Of a stretch of DNA of 64,000 nucleotides, positions 27,954 to 39,355 are shown piece after piece. Position numbers and translations under genes: made by a program. Source of the stretch: a virus; the IMG/VR virus record IMGVR_UViG_3300040786_000030, positions 129,181 to 193,180 of that record; one strand, written 5' to 3'. How positions within the stretch are numbered: the stretch's first letter is position 1; every line of letters begins with the position of its first letter. Below the pieces are notes generated by a model. That model was not told the origin of the DNA, made no database searches, and worked only from the letters and a program-made list of their open reading frames with translations.

Positions 27954-28555
27954 ATGAAATTAGATAAAACATTAGAGTACGGACCAGAACACTTAATTAA
28001 ATTTGAATATCTTTGTGGTATTGATGAGGTTGGTAGAGGTTGTGGGGCTGGACCAGTTGTTACAGCGGCAGTTATATTACCAAAGGTTTTTCATCACCAC
28101 TATTAAGAGATTCTAAAAATTGTCCGAAAAACAAAGAACTGAAGCGTATAAGTTAATAATTGATAACGCATTAGCTATTTCTTGTGAGGCTGGTTCGGTT
28201 ACTGACATTAATGAGTTAGGTATAAACCCAGCAACTTTTAAAACTATGCATAAATGTCTTGACAAATTAACAATGACACCAGATTATGTGTTACTTGATG
28301 GTACTGTTTGGGATAATGTTGGTAAATATAAAATTGAATTAGTCACAAAGGTGATGATACATACCTTTCAATTGCAGCTGCGGCTATTGTAGCTAAAGTT
28401 AGACGAGATGAGTATATGGTTAAATTACATGAGTTATTTCCATCATATGAATGGAATTCAAATAAGGTTATTTATCACCAACTCATATATCGGCAATAAA
28501 ATATCGGTGTCTGTAAGTACCATAGAACACAATATGTTAGAAATTTTTAAAATAA
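27954..28555 (+). CDS. rnhB: Ribonuclease HII
   Basis: [40 protein letters not shown] motifs. Confidence 0.9.
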
Positions 28556-28631
28556 ACGTAAAAAACTTGACACGAGTATAAAAAAAGTATCTTTGCTTCA
28601 CTTAAAAAAAATAACTTAAAAAATAAATATC

Positions 28632-30053
28632 ATGAGCACTTTAATACAAGCAATTCAAACAAAAAATTCTTTAACAGAAAACGGTATGGTTACAAATTCT
28701 ACATCGTCAAATAATTGTGTTGATTTGTTTTTCAGATTGGACTATGAGAGGTCAAGATAAACAGCGTTTGATAAATTCATTTACAAAGGCATTTGGTGAA
28801 AACAATTAACAGCTATGAAGTTATTATTTTGGGCACGTGATGTTCGTGGTGGTGCTGGTGAAAGACAAGTATTTAAGGATATTATCAATATCTTGCAAAA
28901 AATAGAACTGAAACTTTACGTAAAATTTAAACCTTATTCCAGAGTTTGGAAGATGGGATGACTTATTGATATTAGTTGGAACACCATTAGAAAAGATGCG
29001 TTTAAATTAATCTCTAAGGCTTTAAGTGAAAAAAATGGTCTTTGTGCTAAATGGATGCCACGTCCAAATGTTACTAGTATTGAAAATAAAAAATACGCTA
29101 ATGCGTTAAGAATTTCTTAGATTTATCACCAAAAAATTATAGAAAGTTACTTGTTGAAAACTCTAATACAGTTGAGCAATTAATGTGTTCTAAGTCATGG
29201 GATAAAATTGAATATTCTAAATTACCATCAAAGGCTATGTCTGACCTTATGAAAGCATTTTCTAAAAAATGACTTAGTTAGGTTCCAAGAATATTTAAGC
29301 TCAGTTGAAAAGGTGATGCTAAAATTAATGCTGGTGCTATATATCCGTATGATGTATTAAAAGTCTTATGCAAGGATAAAGGTGCTAACGCACAATGGAA
29401 TTCATTACCAAATTATTTAGAAGGTAGTCTTGAGCGTTTTATCCCAGTTGTTGATACATCTGGTTCGATGTTTTGGGAAACTGCTAAAATTAGTGGTGAT
29501 TTATACGCTGGGCACGTGGCTATGTCACTAGGTATGTATATTTCAGAGAGAAATGAGGGTGCATTTAAAGATGCTTTTATCACTTTTAATAACCCAGCTT
29601 TACAAGTAATTAGTGGTTCATTATCCGAAAGATATAATCAATTACAACATTCAAGGTTGGTGGTAGTACTAATCTTGAAGCTGTGTATACGTTGCTATTG
29701 AAAAAGCGATTGAGTCTAATGTGCCTGAAAGTGAAATGCCAACAATGATTATGATATTTTCGGATATGGAATTTAATCAAGGTACTAGTGGGAATTATTC
29801 TTTAACAGCTCAAGAGATTGCTGAGAATAAATATGCGATTGCTGGTTATAAAATACCTAAAATTGTTTATTGGAATTTATCTGGTAGAAATGATGGTAAC
29901 AAACCAGTTAAATTTGATAAAAATGGTGCTGCTTTGGTGTCAGGGTTTTCACCATCTTTGTTATCAAATCTATTAGGTGGAAAAGATATGACACCTTATA
30001 GTATGATGATGAATGTGATAGATAGCGAAAGATATCAATCAATTATAATATAA
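28632..30053 (+). CDS. DUF2828-family protein (helical domain + C-terminal VWA; Ro60/TROVE-like architecture)
   Basis: TENG, FWARDVRGGAGER, FGRWDDL, AKWMPR, VVDTSGSM (MIDAS), IFSDMEFN, IVYWNL, VSGFSP. Confidence 0.85.
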
Positions 30054-30060
30054 AAAAAAA

Positions 30061-30241
30061 GTTTGTTAAGAAAGATAAGTTCAGCAAAAAAAAAAAAAAA
30101 CAAAGCTAAACTATAAAAACGTGCGTAACTTGATTACGTAGAAATTGACCCAGTAAACTAATATTAGTTTACAAAACTTCTTAATAAGGTTTTATTAGGG
30201 TAACCTAAAAGAAGTAAAAAACCAACTATCTTGTAACAAAC
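30061..30241 (+). ncRNA. Putative structured ncRNA, family member A (Y-RNA-like candidate)
   Basis: Closing helix gtttgtta/taacaaac plus aagata/tatctt, 5' gttcagcaa motif and internal hairpins; follows the DUF2828 stop and precedes a terminator. Confidence 0.6.
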
Positions 30242-30244
30242 AAA

Positions 30245-30270
30245 AGACCCCTTTATTGGGGTTTTTTTAT
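30245..30270 (+). terminator. Intrinsic terminator
   Basis: agacccc-tttatt-ggggttt hairpin followed by a T run. Confidence 0.7.
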
Positions 30271-32677
30271 GTCTTTAATTAGTGTTTACAATTTGTTATT
30301 TTTTACTAAGTTTATAAAAATTTAAAATATGAAATTAAAAGAATTATTAGATAATATATTTGATTCTGGTGTAAGACATTATAGCGAGGGTAATAATAGT
30401 GATTATTATTTATCACATGTTATGTTAGATTTATTACGTGATAAATTATTAGAATGTGATGAGTTTAAAATGTATCATCATTAACTATTATCGCTAGTCC
30501 GAATACAAATATATCAGGTAAAGACTTAACAATTAATAGTATGAAAATACCCGATGGTTTTACATTTTCTGGAGATGTATATATTAATGCGATATTTTTA
30601 ACGCCATTAATTTACGACCCAAGTAATCTTTTGATTTCTGTAAAGATGGTGCTAATATAACACCACAATTTTATGATACAATAACCTTTGCCCCTATAGG
30701 AAAATTATTATACCATATAAAACATGTGATAATATTGGTTTAAGTAGAGCTGAAACCCACAAATTATTAGATAAAATATTAGACAATGAAGATGAATATA
30801 TGACAAAAGGTACACGAGGTATTATGATAAGAGGAATATTTCTTTAAATATTTATAAATACTCTTTACACATAAATATAAAATAAGTAACTTTAGTTATT
30901 AAATAGAAAATATGAAAAACATTATAATAAAAGAGGTTGATAGACTATATAGTCAAATCCATAAAGATAAACAGATTAGCGAATATTTGATATATTTGAT
31001 GGAAGGTGATGTTAAAGTTAGTTGTATTAATGTTATAGGTGAGAAAAAAAAATGCATTATTTATCTTATACATGGTTGGTAAATAAAAATAACGTAAAAG
31101 AGGTTAATTACGAAGAATTAAATAAAGAATAAATGGAAGAACAATTATTAAAAAAAATGGATAGATTAATAGATTTATCACATAAATTTTCGAAAAGTAA
31201 GGAAGAATTATTTTCGGATGATATCTCAAAGACCACACTAGTATTTTTTCTGGTAATATAACTATTGGTAGTCAAAGTAGTAATATTTTTACTATAAATA
31301 ATAGACAGATATATGTGGATGAATATGGTAATGTAAAAGTAAAGATAATACACCATTATCGTTAGCTAATAGTATTAGATTTAAATATGAAATTAAAGCT
31401 ATTTTAGCTGATGAATTTGATGAATATAACAATTTAAGGAGGAACTTAAAAATTATTTCTCTGCCTTAACAAAATAAAAAAATAATATGAACACAGAATA
31501 CCCATTAATAGCCTTCTATATGGATAGAGATGATGACATCAGAATTTATGCCACAGTATGTTGAATCAGTTAATCATATGATAGCTGAGAAAAACCTTAA
31601 TATGCTTGCATTCTTTTACCATGTGCAGAGGGTGAATCAGAAAGGTTAGAATGTATCAATCCGAAACTTGTTGAGAAAACAGAAATGGATAGAATTAATA
31701 AAATTGTTTTAGATATTAAGACTAAATTTTCAATCGATGCAGACATTAATATTGCAGATGTTGAAATATTACTTGATGATAAAAAATGTGAATGCAATAA
31801 TAATTGTAAATGTAAAAATAAATAGAGAATATGAGAAATGACGAAAAGCATTAATATATGATGAATGTATTAGAGAGCGATAATTTACAAAGAGTAAATT
31901 CTAGATTAAAATCAGATTTTGTTGGTAATATACCGCCACATATCCAAGAACAAATAGATAATAATGATAATCGGTTACAATTTTTAGTTAAACGACTTGA
32001 AAGTTTATTTAGTTAATTATGAATAGTGTGGATAGTAAATTTAAAATAGTTTGGGATAATAAAGGTATTGATAAAGATTCACAATCAGATTGGTCCCAAA
32101 CCTTACATACCATAATTAATGAAATAACTGTAAAAATATATAAATCTACATTTTATCTTGTAACCTAATTACCATACATAGTTCATTACTACCTTTATTC
32201 GAAAGGTTAAATTATTATTCTAATGAGAAAAAAATGTTAAATGGTAGGTTTAAATTAAAATTAGATGACACGTTAGACACTAACAAAATTTTTATTAGTA
32301 GTAAACTTAATAAACGGTTATCAATCCCTTTTATAAAATAATTGTTGATGAATATGGTTTAGAGACTGAACATCTTCAATTTAAACCAGATAACAAATGC
32401 ACTTTAGGTGAAGTTGAGGATTATAAAACAAAATCATATGGTGTTATAACTATTGAGAACTATGAAAACTAAAGAAGATTTAAACATCCTAATAATAGAC
32501 GATAAAGGTGAAGTACATACCATTGTAAATAGAAATAAAAGATTAGAACAATATTTTTTAATAAAACCCACAATTAATTGTGGGTTTTTTTATGGTCTTG
32601 TACTTGTTTTACGTATTTTAATATATGGCCAACCAGTTTCTTCATGTATAATATCATACATTCTAGTTCTAGTTGCT

Positions 32678-33243
32678 TTAGTAGCTGTACCCATAAATAA
32701 AAGGTTTTAATTTTTTGTTTTTACAAATTTTACTTAAAGTATGGTGAAGTCTTTGTGCATCTTCTAAGTTTTTACAAATAACCATATCAAATTGGTTTTC
32801 ATTATAAATTATTAATTTATTATAAACAACGATAATTTCTTTAACCATCTTCTTACCATGAACACCAATCATCAACCTTTTCACTATTTCACTAATTGTT
32901 GACCTTTCAGTTGTATTATCTAAACCATATATCCAGAATGTTTCCTCAATTTGATATTTTGAAGCGGATAAAATTGTCCAATCACCTAAAGGTTTTCTGT
33001 ATATAATTTACCATAACCATCTCTTAATACTCTAAATACATCATCTTTTCGGTTGTTTTAGTTACACATATTTGATATTTAACTGGTTTAATACCGTTAC
33101 TATTAATAAATACTTTTGGAAATAATATTTTATTATTTTCTTCTATTAATTCATGGAAAAAATAAAAGACGATTCTATTTTCATAGATTTATATAATGTT
33201 TTTTATATTCTCCATTTTTAGTAAAATTACTCTATATTTCATT
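32678..33243 (-). CDS. Hypothetical protein (frameshifted)
   Basis: Minus-strand coding stretch including ORF 32678-32884; TATAAATAT upstream. Confidence 0.5.
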
Positions 33244-33329
33244 TTGTTTAAATTATATCTTATAAATATTATAAATTTATTGTATTTTAATTTAATTATA
33301 AGTAAATTTGTAGAAATATAAAGAATCTT

Positions 33330-34349
33330 ATGAGTAAAAAAATTATTATGATATTCTAGGTGTTAAAAAAGACGCTAACCCTAGTGAGATAAAAAAATCA
33401 TATAGAAAATTAGTTAAAGAATATCATCCTGATGTAAACCCAGATAATAAAGAAGCTGAGGAAAAATTTAAGGAGATATCATCAGCGTATGAGGTTTTAT
33501 CAGATACAGATAAGAAATTAAAGTACGACCAGTTTGGTGATAGTGATGGAAACCAATCTAGAGGCTTTGGCGGTTTTGGTAATGGTTTTGGCGGTTTTGA
33601 CTTCAATTCCAAGAACAAAACCACCACAAAGAGTTGGTTTAAACATGACCCTAATTTTAAAATTGACACTTGAAGAAATCCATAATGGGGTAACTAAAAA
33701 ATTTAAATACAAAAGAAATGATACTTGTAAGACGTGTCATGGTCATGGTGCTATGGACATTACAAATTGTGAGGTATGTAATGGTAATGGTGTTATAAAT
33801 AGAATTATGCAGACACCAATAGGTGTTATACAACAAAGTTTCCCTTGTCATAATTGTCATGGTGTTGGTAGTACGTTTGTTAATAACTGTCTTGACTGTA
33901 ATGGTACTGGTAGTAAAAGTATTGAAGAAATTATCGAAGTTGTATCACCGCCTGGGATTAGGGAAGATAGTGCATTTATTATGCATGGAAAAGGTCAAGC
34001 GATTAAATCTGGTAAGTGTGGTGATTTAATAATTAACGTTAGTGAAATTTCACATGATGTATATGTTAGAAGTGGACATAATTTAAATTTGAATTTAAAG
34101 TTAAACTACCCACAATTAGTGTTGGGTGATAAAATTAGTTTAGATACCATTGATGGAACTAAGATTTTAGTTACTATACCAGAGCATAGTGAAGTCGGTT
34201 CTAATTTAAGAATACCATCTAAGGGTCTTAATATTTTAAAAGGTAGTGGTAGAGGTGATATAATAATAACATTAGATATTACTATACCTAAAGATGTATC
34301 AGATGAACTTAGAAGTATGCTAATAAATTTAAAAGAAAAACTAGAATAA
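33330..34349 (+). CDS. dnaJ: DnaJ chaperone
   Basis: YYDILGV..YHPD J-domain, G/F region, four CxxCxGxG repeats, C-terminal domain. Confidence 0.92.
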
Positions 34350-34420
34350 GTTGTTTCTTATTAATTTTAATAGTATTTTGTAATAATAAAATAACAGATT
34401 AATTAACACAATAAAATAAA

Positions 34421-34829
34421 ATGGCAAAATATCAACAACCATTCGAAGAGACCCAAGCATTATATGATGAGAAAATAAGAGCTAGTGGTCTAGACGCATA
34501 CATCAACATTACAATTCTATCTAGCAATAAAGCTAAAGAAATAGTAACATTAGTAAAACCTAATGAACTATTTAATTATGTAACTAAAAATGATATCTAT
34601 ATCATTGTTAATGAGAAAATTTTGACCAATTACCAGAACCGCAAAGACATATAATTGTTGAAGAATCGTTAGCTGGTATTCATTACGATACTGAAAAAGT
34701 AAACTAATATTAACACAACCAGATGTTAAAGCTTATTCAGGTATTTTATCTAAATTTGGATATGAAACTTGGAATGTACTTAGAGAATCAGTTAAAACAT
34801 TATATAAAGTAGATAAAGACGAAGAATAA
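34421..34829 (+). CDS. Hypothetical protein (frameshifted)
   Basis: ORF 34421-34654 continues across indels. Confidence 0.5.
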
Positions 34830-35272
34830 TGACTATTGAGCAAATAGATGGAATTAACCCTAACGCAATAGTGTGGGATGGGTTAGATGAAGCAATAGTT
34901 GGAATGGCAAATAAAGCTGTTAACGGTGAGATAATTATTTTAGATGGCGATGGAGAAGAAGTTATAATTGATTCATCAGATGATGCTTATTTAGAATATG
35001 GTGACGATGTTAATATAGATAGATGGGATAGAGATGAGTTCGGACCAATAGTTGCATATGATATCGATAAAATGATAGAAATTTTAGCTAAAGATATGGA
35101 AGTAGATTTAGATGATTTAGATGAATATGAAACAGAGGATGAAAGAAAATACACTTTGGCTTTAGAGTTTTACGATTACAACACAAATGGTGCTTATGTT
35201 GGTGAATTTACACCGTTACATATTCATGTAAAAAAAATTAAAATAGATAAATATGGGATTAGATTATTATAG
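34829..35272 (+). CDS. Acidic hypothetical protein
   Basis: DGLDEAIVG..AYD..KMI..A.EF..YN..GAYVGE.TP motif common in phage hypotheticals. Confidence 0.6.
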   Translation: MTIEQIDGINPNAIVWDGLDEAIVGMANKAVNGEIIILDGDGEEVIIDSSDDAYLEYGDDVNIDRWDRDEFGPIVAYDIDKMIEILAKDMEVDLDDLDEYETEDERKYTLALEFYDYNTNGAYVGEFTPLHIHVKKIKIDKYGIRLL

Positions 35273-35956
35273 TGAGTTTCAAAACTACGCAATAAAACAC
35301 ATGGGTATGAGTGGAATGGAATTCTACCAATGGGAGCAATTACAAAACACAATTTACTCAAACGTAAGTGTTCAGTCAAGTTTAACACCTTATATCTTAG
35401 AAGAAAGAGAATTAAGGGTAACGCAAATGGATATCTTTTCACGTTTGATGATGGATAGGATTATTTGGTTAGCTGGTCCTGTTAACGATAGAATGAGCAC
35501 AGTTGTTCAAGCGCAATTATTATTTTTAGATAATTTAGATAACAAAGATATTACTTTTCATGTTGATTCACCTGGTGGGTCTGTTAAATCTGGTCTTTCA
35601 ATTGTTGACCAAATGAATTATGTTAAATCTGACATTATTACGATAAATACAGGTATGGCTGCAAGCATGGGTAGTATATTATTAGGTGCTGGTACCAAGG
35701 TAAGCGATTTAGCCTACCATCTAGTAGGGTAATGTTACATCAAGTATCAACAGGTGCTTCGGGTAATATTCAAGATATTAGACGCTCAATTGCTGAGGGT
35801 GAAAAATACAATACAAAATTATTTGATTTATTAGGTGATTATTGTGGTAAATCACGTGAACAAGTATTAGAAGATGCTAATCGTGATTTATGGTTAGATG
35901 CTGAAGAAGCAAAAGCTTACGGTATAATCGATGGTGTTATAACAAAAAGAAAATAG
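35253..35956 (+). CDS. clpP: ATP-dependent Clp protease proteolytic subunit (copy 2)
   Basis: MDIFSRLMMDRII, DSPGGSV, AASMG, MLHQ, RDLWLDAEEAKAYGIID; one indel; ends in TAG. Confidence 0.93.
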
Positions 35957-36066
35957 AAATAAATTGTAAAATACTTGATTTAAGTAAATTAATGTAGTAT
36001 CTTTGTATAAATGTGTGGGTTTATTAAAACTCACATATTTATTACAAATAAGTTCTTAAACATTAT

Positions 36067-36436
36067 GGGGTACACGGTTTTGACTGGATATAGTCGTAAA
36101 TTGTAAGCATGTAGTGCTAAATTGAAGCACTTAAAACTATCTATTAAAACATTGAATTGACAACGATTATATCGTATCAGAAAATTTCCTTAATGAAAGC
36201 AGCGTGTCTGTTTTCGAAGGAGAGGTTGCATTTGCCTAACAATTGTAAATGGTAGTAAACTACCTATGGTGTTGAAACACCAAAAAATACGTTTATAACG
36301 TGTTTAAATATATATAGGTTGTTATAGATATGGAACCATAATCATCTTAAAAGGATTGCCAGTTTATGAATTGGATAAACATGTAGAAATCGTTGAAGAA
36401 TATCTTAGGACAGGGGTTCGAACTCCCTTACCTCCA
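36067..36436 (+). ncRNA. ssrA: tmRNA
   Basis: 5' GGGGTA..GGTTTTGAC, GCATGTAG/AAACATGTAG pairing, 3' GGACAGGGGTTCGAACTCCCCTACCTCCA; tag ORF 36159-36239 DNDYIVSENFLNESSVSVFEGEVAFA*. Confidence 0.92.
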
Positions 36437-36551
36437 AATTATCAAAATTAACTCACCTCCACGTGGTGATAATTGGAAACAGATAAAGCTGGCAAAGAAG
36501 TTAATAAAAGTGGAGATATTCGGTTTTCTAAATATACACATATTTATATGT

Positions 36552-37080
36552 ATGGAAGTGAAAATAAAATATCATAGACCACAAAGCGAAGTTAAATGTT
36601 ATTGTTGTGGTAATATTTTAAAAGATGGTAGTGAAATAAGACGCACTGAAAAATTAGGAAAGAACACTATTGTTCGTTTACTTGTGTTAGAACGGGTAGA
36701 GTTTCAAATATTAAAGGTAATGTCTCATTTTTACAATCAGATAATAGAAAAGATAAATACACAGGTTTACGAGAACATTTAAATAGAGCTAAAAAACGAG
36801 GTAAAGAAGTTAGTATTGATTTAGTGTATTTATTAGAAATATGGGAAAAAAAAAAGGTATTTGTCCATATACTGGTATAATTAACCCACCTAAAGACGCT
36901 AAATCAATACCAATGATGTACAAAGCATCTTTAGATAGGATTGATTCATCTTTAGGGTATATAATAGGTAATATTCAATTTATCAGTGCTACAGCCAATT
37001 TAGGTAAAGGTTCTATGACACATGTTGAAATGATAATGTTTTGTAAATTAATAAGGGATAATTGGAATAACGTAGATTAA
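36552..37080 (+). CDS. HNH-type endonuclease (frameshifted)
   Basis: N-terminal CxxC..YCS..C, GICPYTG, SLDRIDSSLGY..GN..F....N motif. Confidence 0.75.
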
Positions 37081-37221
37081 TCCTTACCTCCACAAATTAT
37101 TAATAATTGTTCAGAAATGATTCTATCCATAACACCTTTTGGAATAGAACTAACAACCCTCGATAAATCGCTTTGTCGGGGTTAATTTTTTTCATTTTTT
37201 GTATATTTATAATTAAAAGAA

Positions 37222-37538
37222 ATGCGAAACTTTATAAATAAATTACTTAGTGGTGAATCAGAAATATCTAGCAAAAGGTTTATAACACTTGTTGCTTTTT
37301 CTTAATGGGAACTGGTTTTATTACCAATTTATTTTGGGGTTTAACAGTTGAAGAATTTATATATGATTCAATGAAATGGATTGTAATTGGCGGTTTAGGG
37401 TTTACAGCTTCAGAACAATTTAGTAAAACAAAGAATGATAAGGATAATAATACTAAACAAGACACTAACGACGAAGAACCTATAGATTATTATAGTGATA
37501 AAAATAAAGGCCCATATGGGCCTTTAAATTATTCTTAG
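37222..37538 (+). CDS. Small membrane protein, holin-like
   Basis: SSKRFITL..F, second TM segment, GGLGFTASEQF. Confidence 0.45.
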
Positions 37539-37962
37539 GTGGTTTGCACCCACAATCTTTTGTGCTTTCATAGTTATATTTTTAGTTAATGTTATGTTAT
37601 TTATAAATACTTTACAAAGTAAAAATAGTTAATATATTTATATATGTTAAAAGAAGAATATACGGTATCAATACTAGATAGTAAATGGAAAGAGGTAAAA
37701 AGAAATATTAATATTTTATTTATACCTAGAAAAAATGAATATATATACTTAGATGAACAATATTATGAAGTAATAAATATTGTACATGTAATTAATGAAA
37801 AACAAGATATTTTATAATTATTGACGAGGTAGTTAAAAAGAAGTACCATAAAATGCTGATAATCAGGTGTTTAATAAATAAGTTAAAAATAAGGTAAAAA
37901 AACTTGACATAACACGTATTTATTAGTATCTTTGTATATAATTAATAATAAACGTTCTTAAA

Positions 37963-38163
37963 TATCTAAAAATAGTTTCGGCATACAAAAAAAACAATTA
38001 GAGAAAAGTTGTGAGTCTTGGTTACTTATTTAACGGAAATACAATGTGTTTTCTTATAAGTTCACGAAAGTGTAATAAAACTCATCATGTTATGGTATCA
38101 TGTAAAAGTTAACCCATGAGCACGTTAATCATGTAAAATAATACGAACCACTATTTTGAGATA
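37963..38163 (+). ncRNA. Putative structured ncRNA, family member B
   Basis: tatct/agata plus aaaatag/ctatttt closing helix, tttcggca motif, internal hairpins; just downstream of a TAnnTTTG promoter. Confidence 0.5.
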
Positions 38164-38169
38164 ATAATA

Positions 38170-38226
38170 TGGTAAAAGAATCAGTTCAGCAATTAAAACT
38201 TATAAAGTAAAAAATGATTCTGACCA
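38170..38226 (+). ncRNA. Putative ncRNA, family member C (minimal)
   Basis: tggt/acca plus agaatca/tgattct helix, gttcagcaa motif, A-rich loop. Confidence 0.55.
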
Positions 38227-38232
38227 AATAAA

Positions 38233-38294
38233 TTACTATTTGCACCGATATGTGCGACACTGAAAAGTGAGAGGTGTAACCCCTTTATAGTAAA
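38233..38294 (+). ncRNA. tRNA-like RNA with a GAAA tetraloop in place of the anticodon
   Basis: ttactat/atagtaa acceptor, gcac/gtgc arm, cact-gaaa-agtg, T-like arm. Confidence 0.45.
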
Positions 38295-38300
38295 CTAAAT

Positions 38301-38374
38301 AGCGGAATAGAGCAGTAGGTCAGCTCGCAAGGCTCATAACCTTGAGGTCGTAGGTTCGAATCCTTCTTCCGCAA
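38301..38374 (+). tRNA. tRNA-Met(CAT), initiator-like
   Basis: Cloverleaf; caagg-ctCATaa-ccttg; 1:72 mismatch. Confidence 0.9.
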
Positions 38375-38400
38375 CAACGTTGGAGAACATAAACTCATAT

Positions 38401-38468
38401 GGGGAAGTCGTCTAAGATTAAGAACCACCATTAGGTGGTGATAATGGTTCAAGTCCATTCTTCCTTAC
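38401..38468 (+). ncRNA. tRNA-like RNA with a 4-nt loop in place of the anticodon loop
   Basis: ggggaag/cttcctt acceptor, D-like arm, accacc-atta-ggtggt, GGTTCAAGTCC T-arm. Confidence 0.6.
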
Positions 38469-38473
38469 TAAAT

Positions 38474-38546
38474 TGCGAGGTAGAGCAGTAGGTAGCTCAA
38501 CAGGCTCATAACCTGAAGGTCGGTGGTTCGAGTCCATCCTTCGCTA
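38474..38546 (+). tRNA. tRNA-Met(CAT), initiator-like
   Basis: Cloverleaf; cagg-ctCATaa-cctg; U1:U72 mismatch. Confidence 0.9.
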
Positions 38547-38548
38547 CA

Positions 38549-38613
38549 AAAGAATAGTTACAGCAAATAAACAAAACTTTAAATCTTAATTAAACTAAAA
38601 ACATACTATTCTG
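38549..38613 (+). ncRNA. Putative ncRNA, family member D (minimal)
   Basis: agaatag/ctattct helix plus 3' g, ttacagcaa motif; followed by a terminator hairpin. Confidence 0.55.
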
Positions 38614-38620
38614 AAACACA

Positions 38621-38648
38621 AATCCTCACTCAAAAGTGGGGATTTTTA
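38621..38648 (+). terminator. Intrinsic terminator
   Basis: aatcctcact-caaa-agtggggatt followed by a T run. Confidence 0.7.
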
Positions 38649-38676
38649 TAATAATAAAGACTAAAACAAGTAAAAA

Positions 38677-39355
38677 ATGAAAACAATTCATTTAGAAATC
38701 AGAGATGGTAACGGTGGGTCCGATGCAAAGCTATTAGTAACACAAATGCAAGACATTTACACTAAAACAGCTAAAATTAACAATCTAGAATGTTCAATAG
38801 TTGACGTTAGAGATGGTTTTGTTCATCTATGTCTTTAGCGGTTCTGACCCAAAAAAATATTTAATAATGAACAAGGTGTGCATTCTTGGCATCGAGTCCC
38901 ACCAACAGAAAAAAAAAGGTAGAGTTCATACAAGCTCCATAACAGTTGTTATTTTAGAAGATAATAACTATAAAGAGAAAAACCTTTCAACTAATGAAGT
39001 TAAAATCGAAACAACTAGAGGTCAAGGTCCAGGTGGTCAGCATCGGAATACCACAGATTCAACGGTTGTAATAACTCATGAATCCACAGGTATCAAAGTT
39101 GTTAGGAATGGAAGATGTCAACATAAGAACAAAGCTGAGGCTTTAATTGAATTAACCAAAAGAGTTAATGAATTTTATAGATGTGGACATAATTCTATCG
39201 ACATTGAACATCGAAGAGGTCAGATAGGTAATGGTGAAAGAAGTGATAAACGAAGAACATATCGTGTAAAAGATAATTCAGTCAGTGACCATATAACAAA
39301 CAAAACAGCGTCACTAAAAGATATACTTAGAGGTAAAATAGAATTATTATCATAA
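38677..39355 (+). CDS. RF1-type peptide chain release factor lacking domain 1; candidate programmed +1 frameshift at CTT-TAG-C (38833-38839)
   Basis: LEIRDGNGGSDA, EQGVH..HRVPPTE..GRVHTS (PxT = RF1 specificity), GPGGQHRN (GGQ), RSDKRRTY. Confidence 0.85.

Noticed and set aside
33424-34029. Alternative-frame and antisense ORFs over dnaJ (similarly 7290-7658, 21560-21940, 54554-54841, 58034-58366)
   Set aside because: They overlap well-supported genes and have no motifs of their own.
1-35956. Genome-wide TAG recoding (code 15)
   Set aside because: The TAG-terminated ORFs I checked (443, 1141, 2833, 21809, 26283) continue in another frame rather than through the TAG, and clpP ends naturally at TAG.
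36422-37095. Group I intron in the tmRNA T-loop
   Set aside because: The tmRNA T-arm and acceptor are complete and contiguous before the HNH gene, and no intron core elements were recognised.
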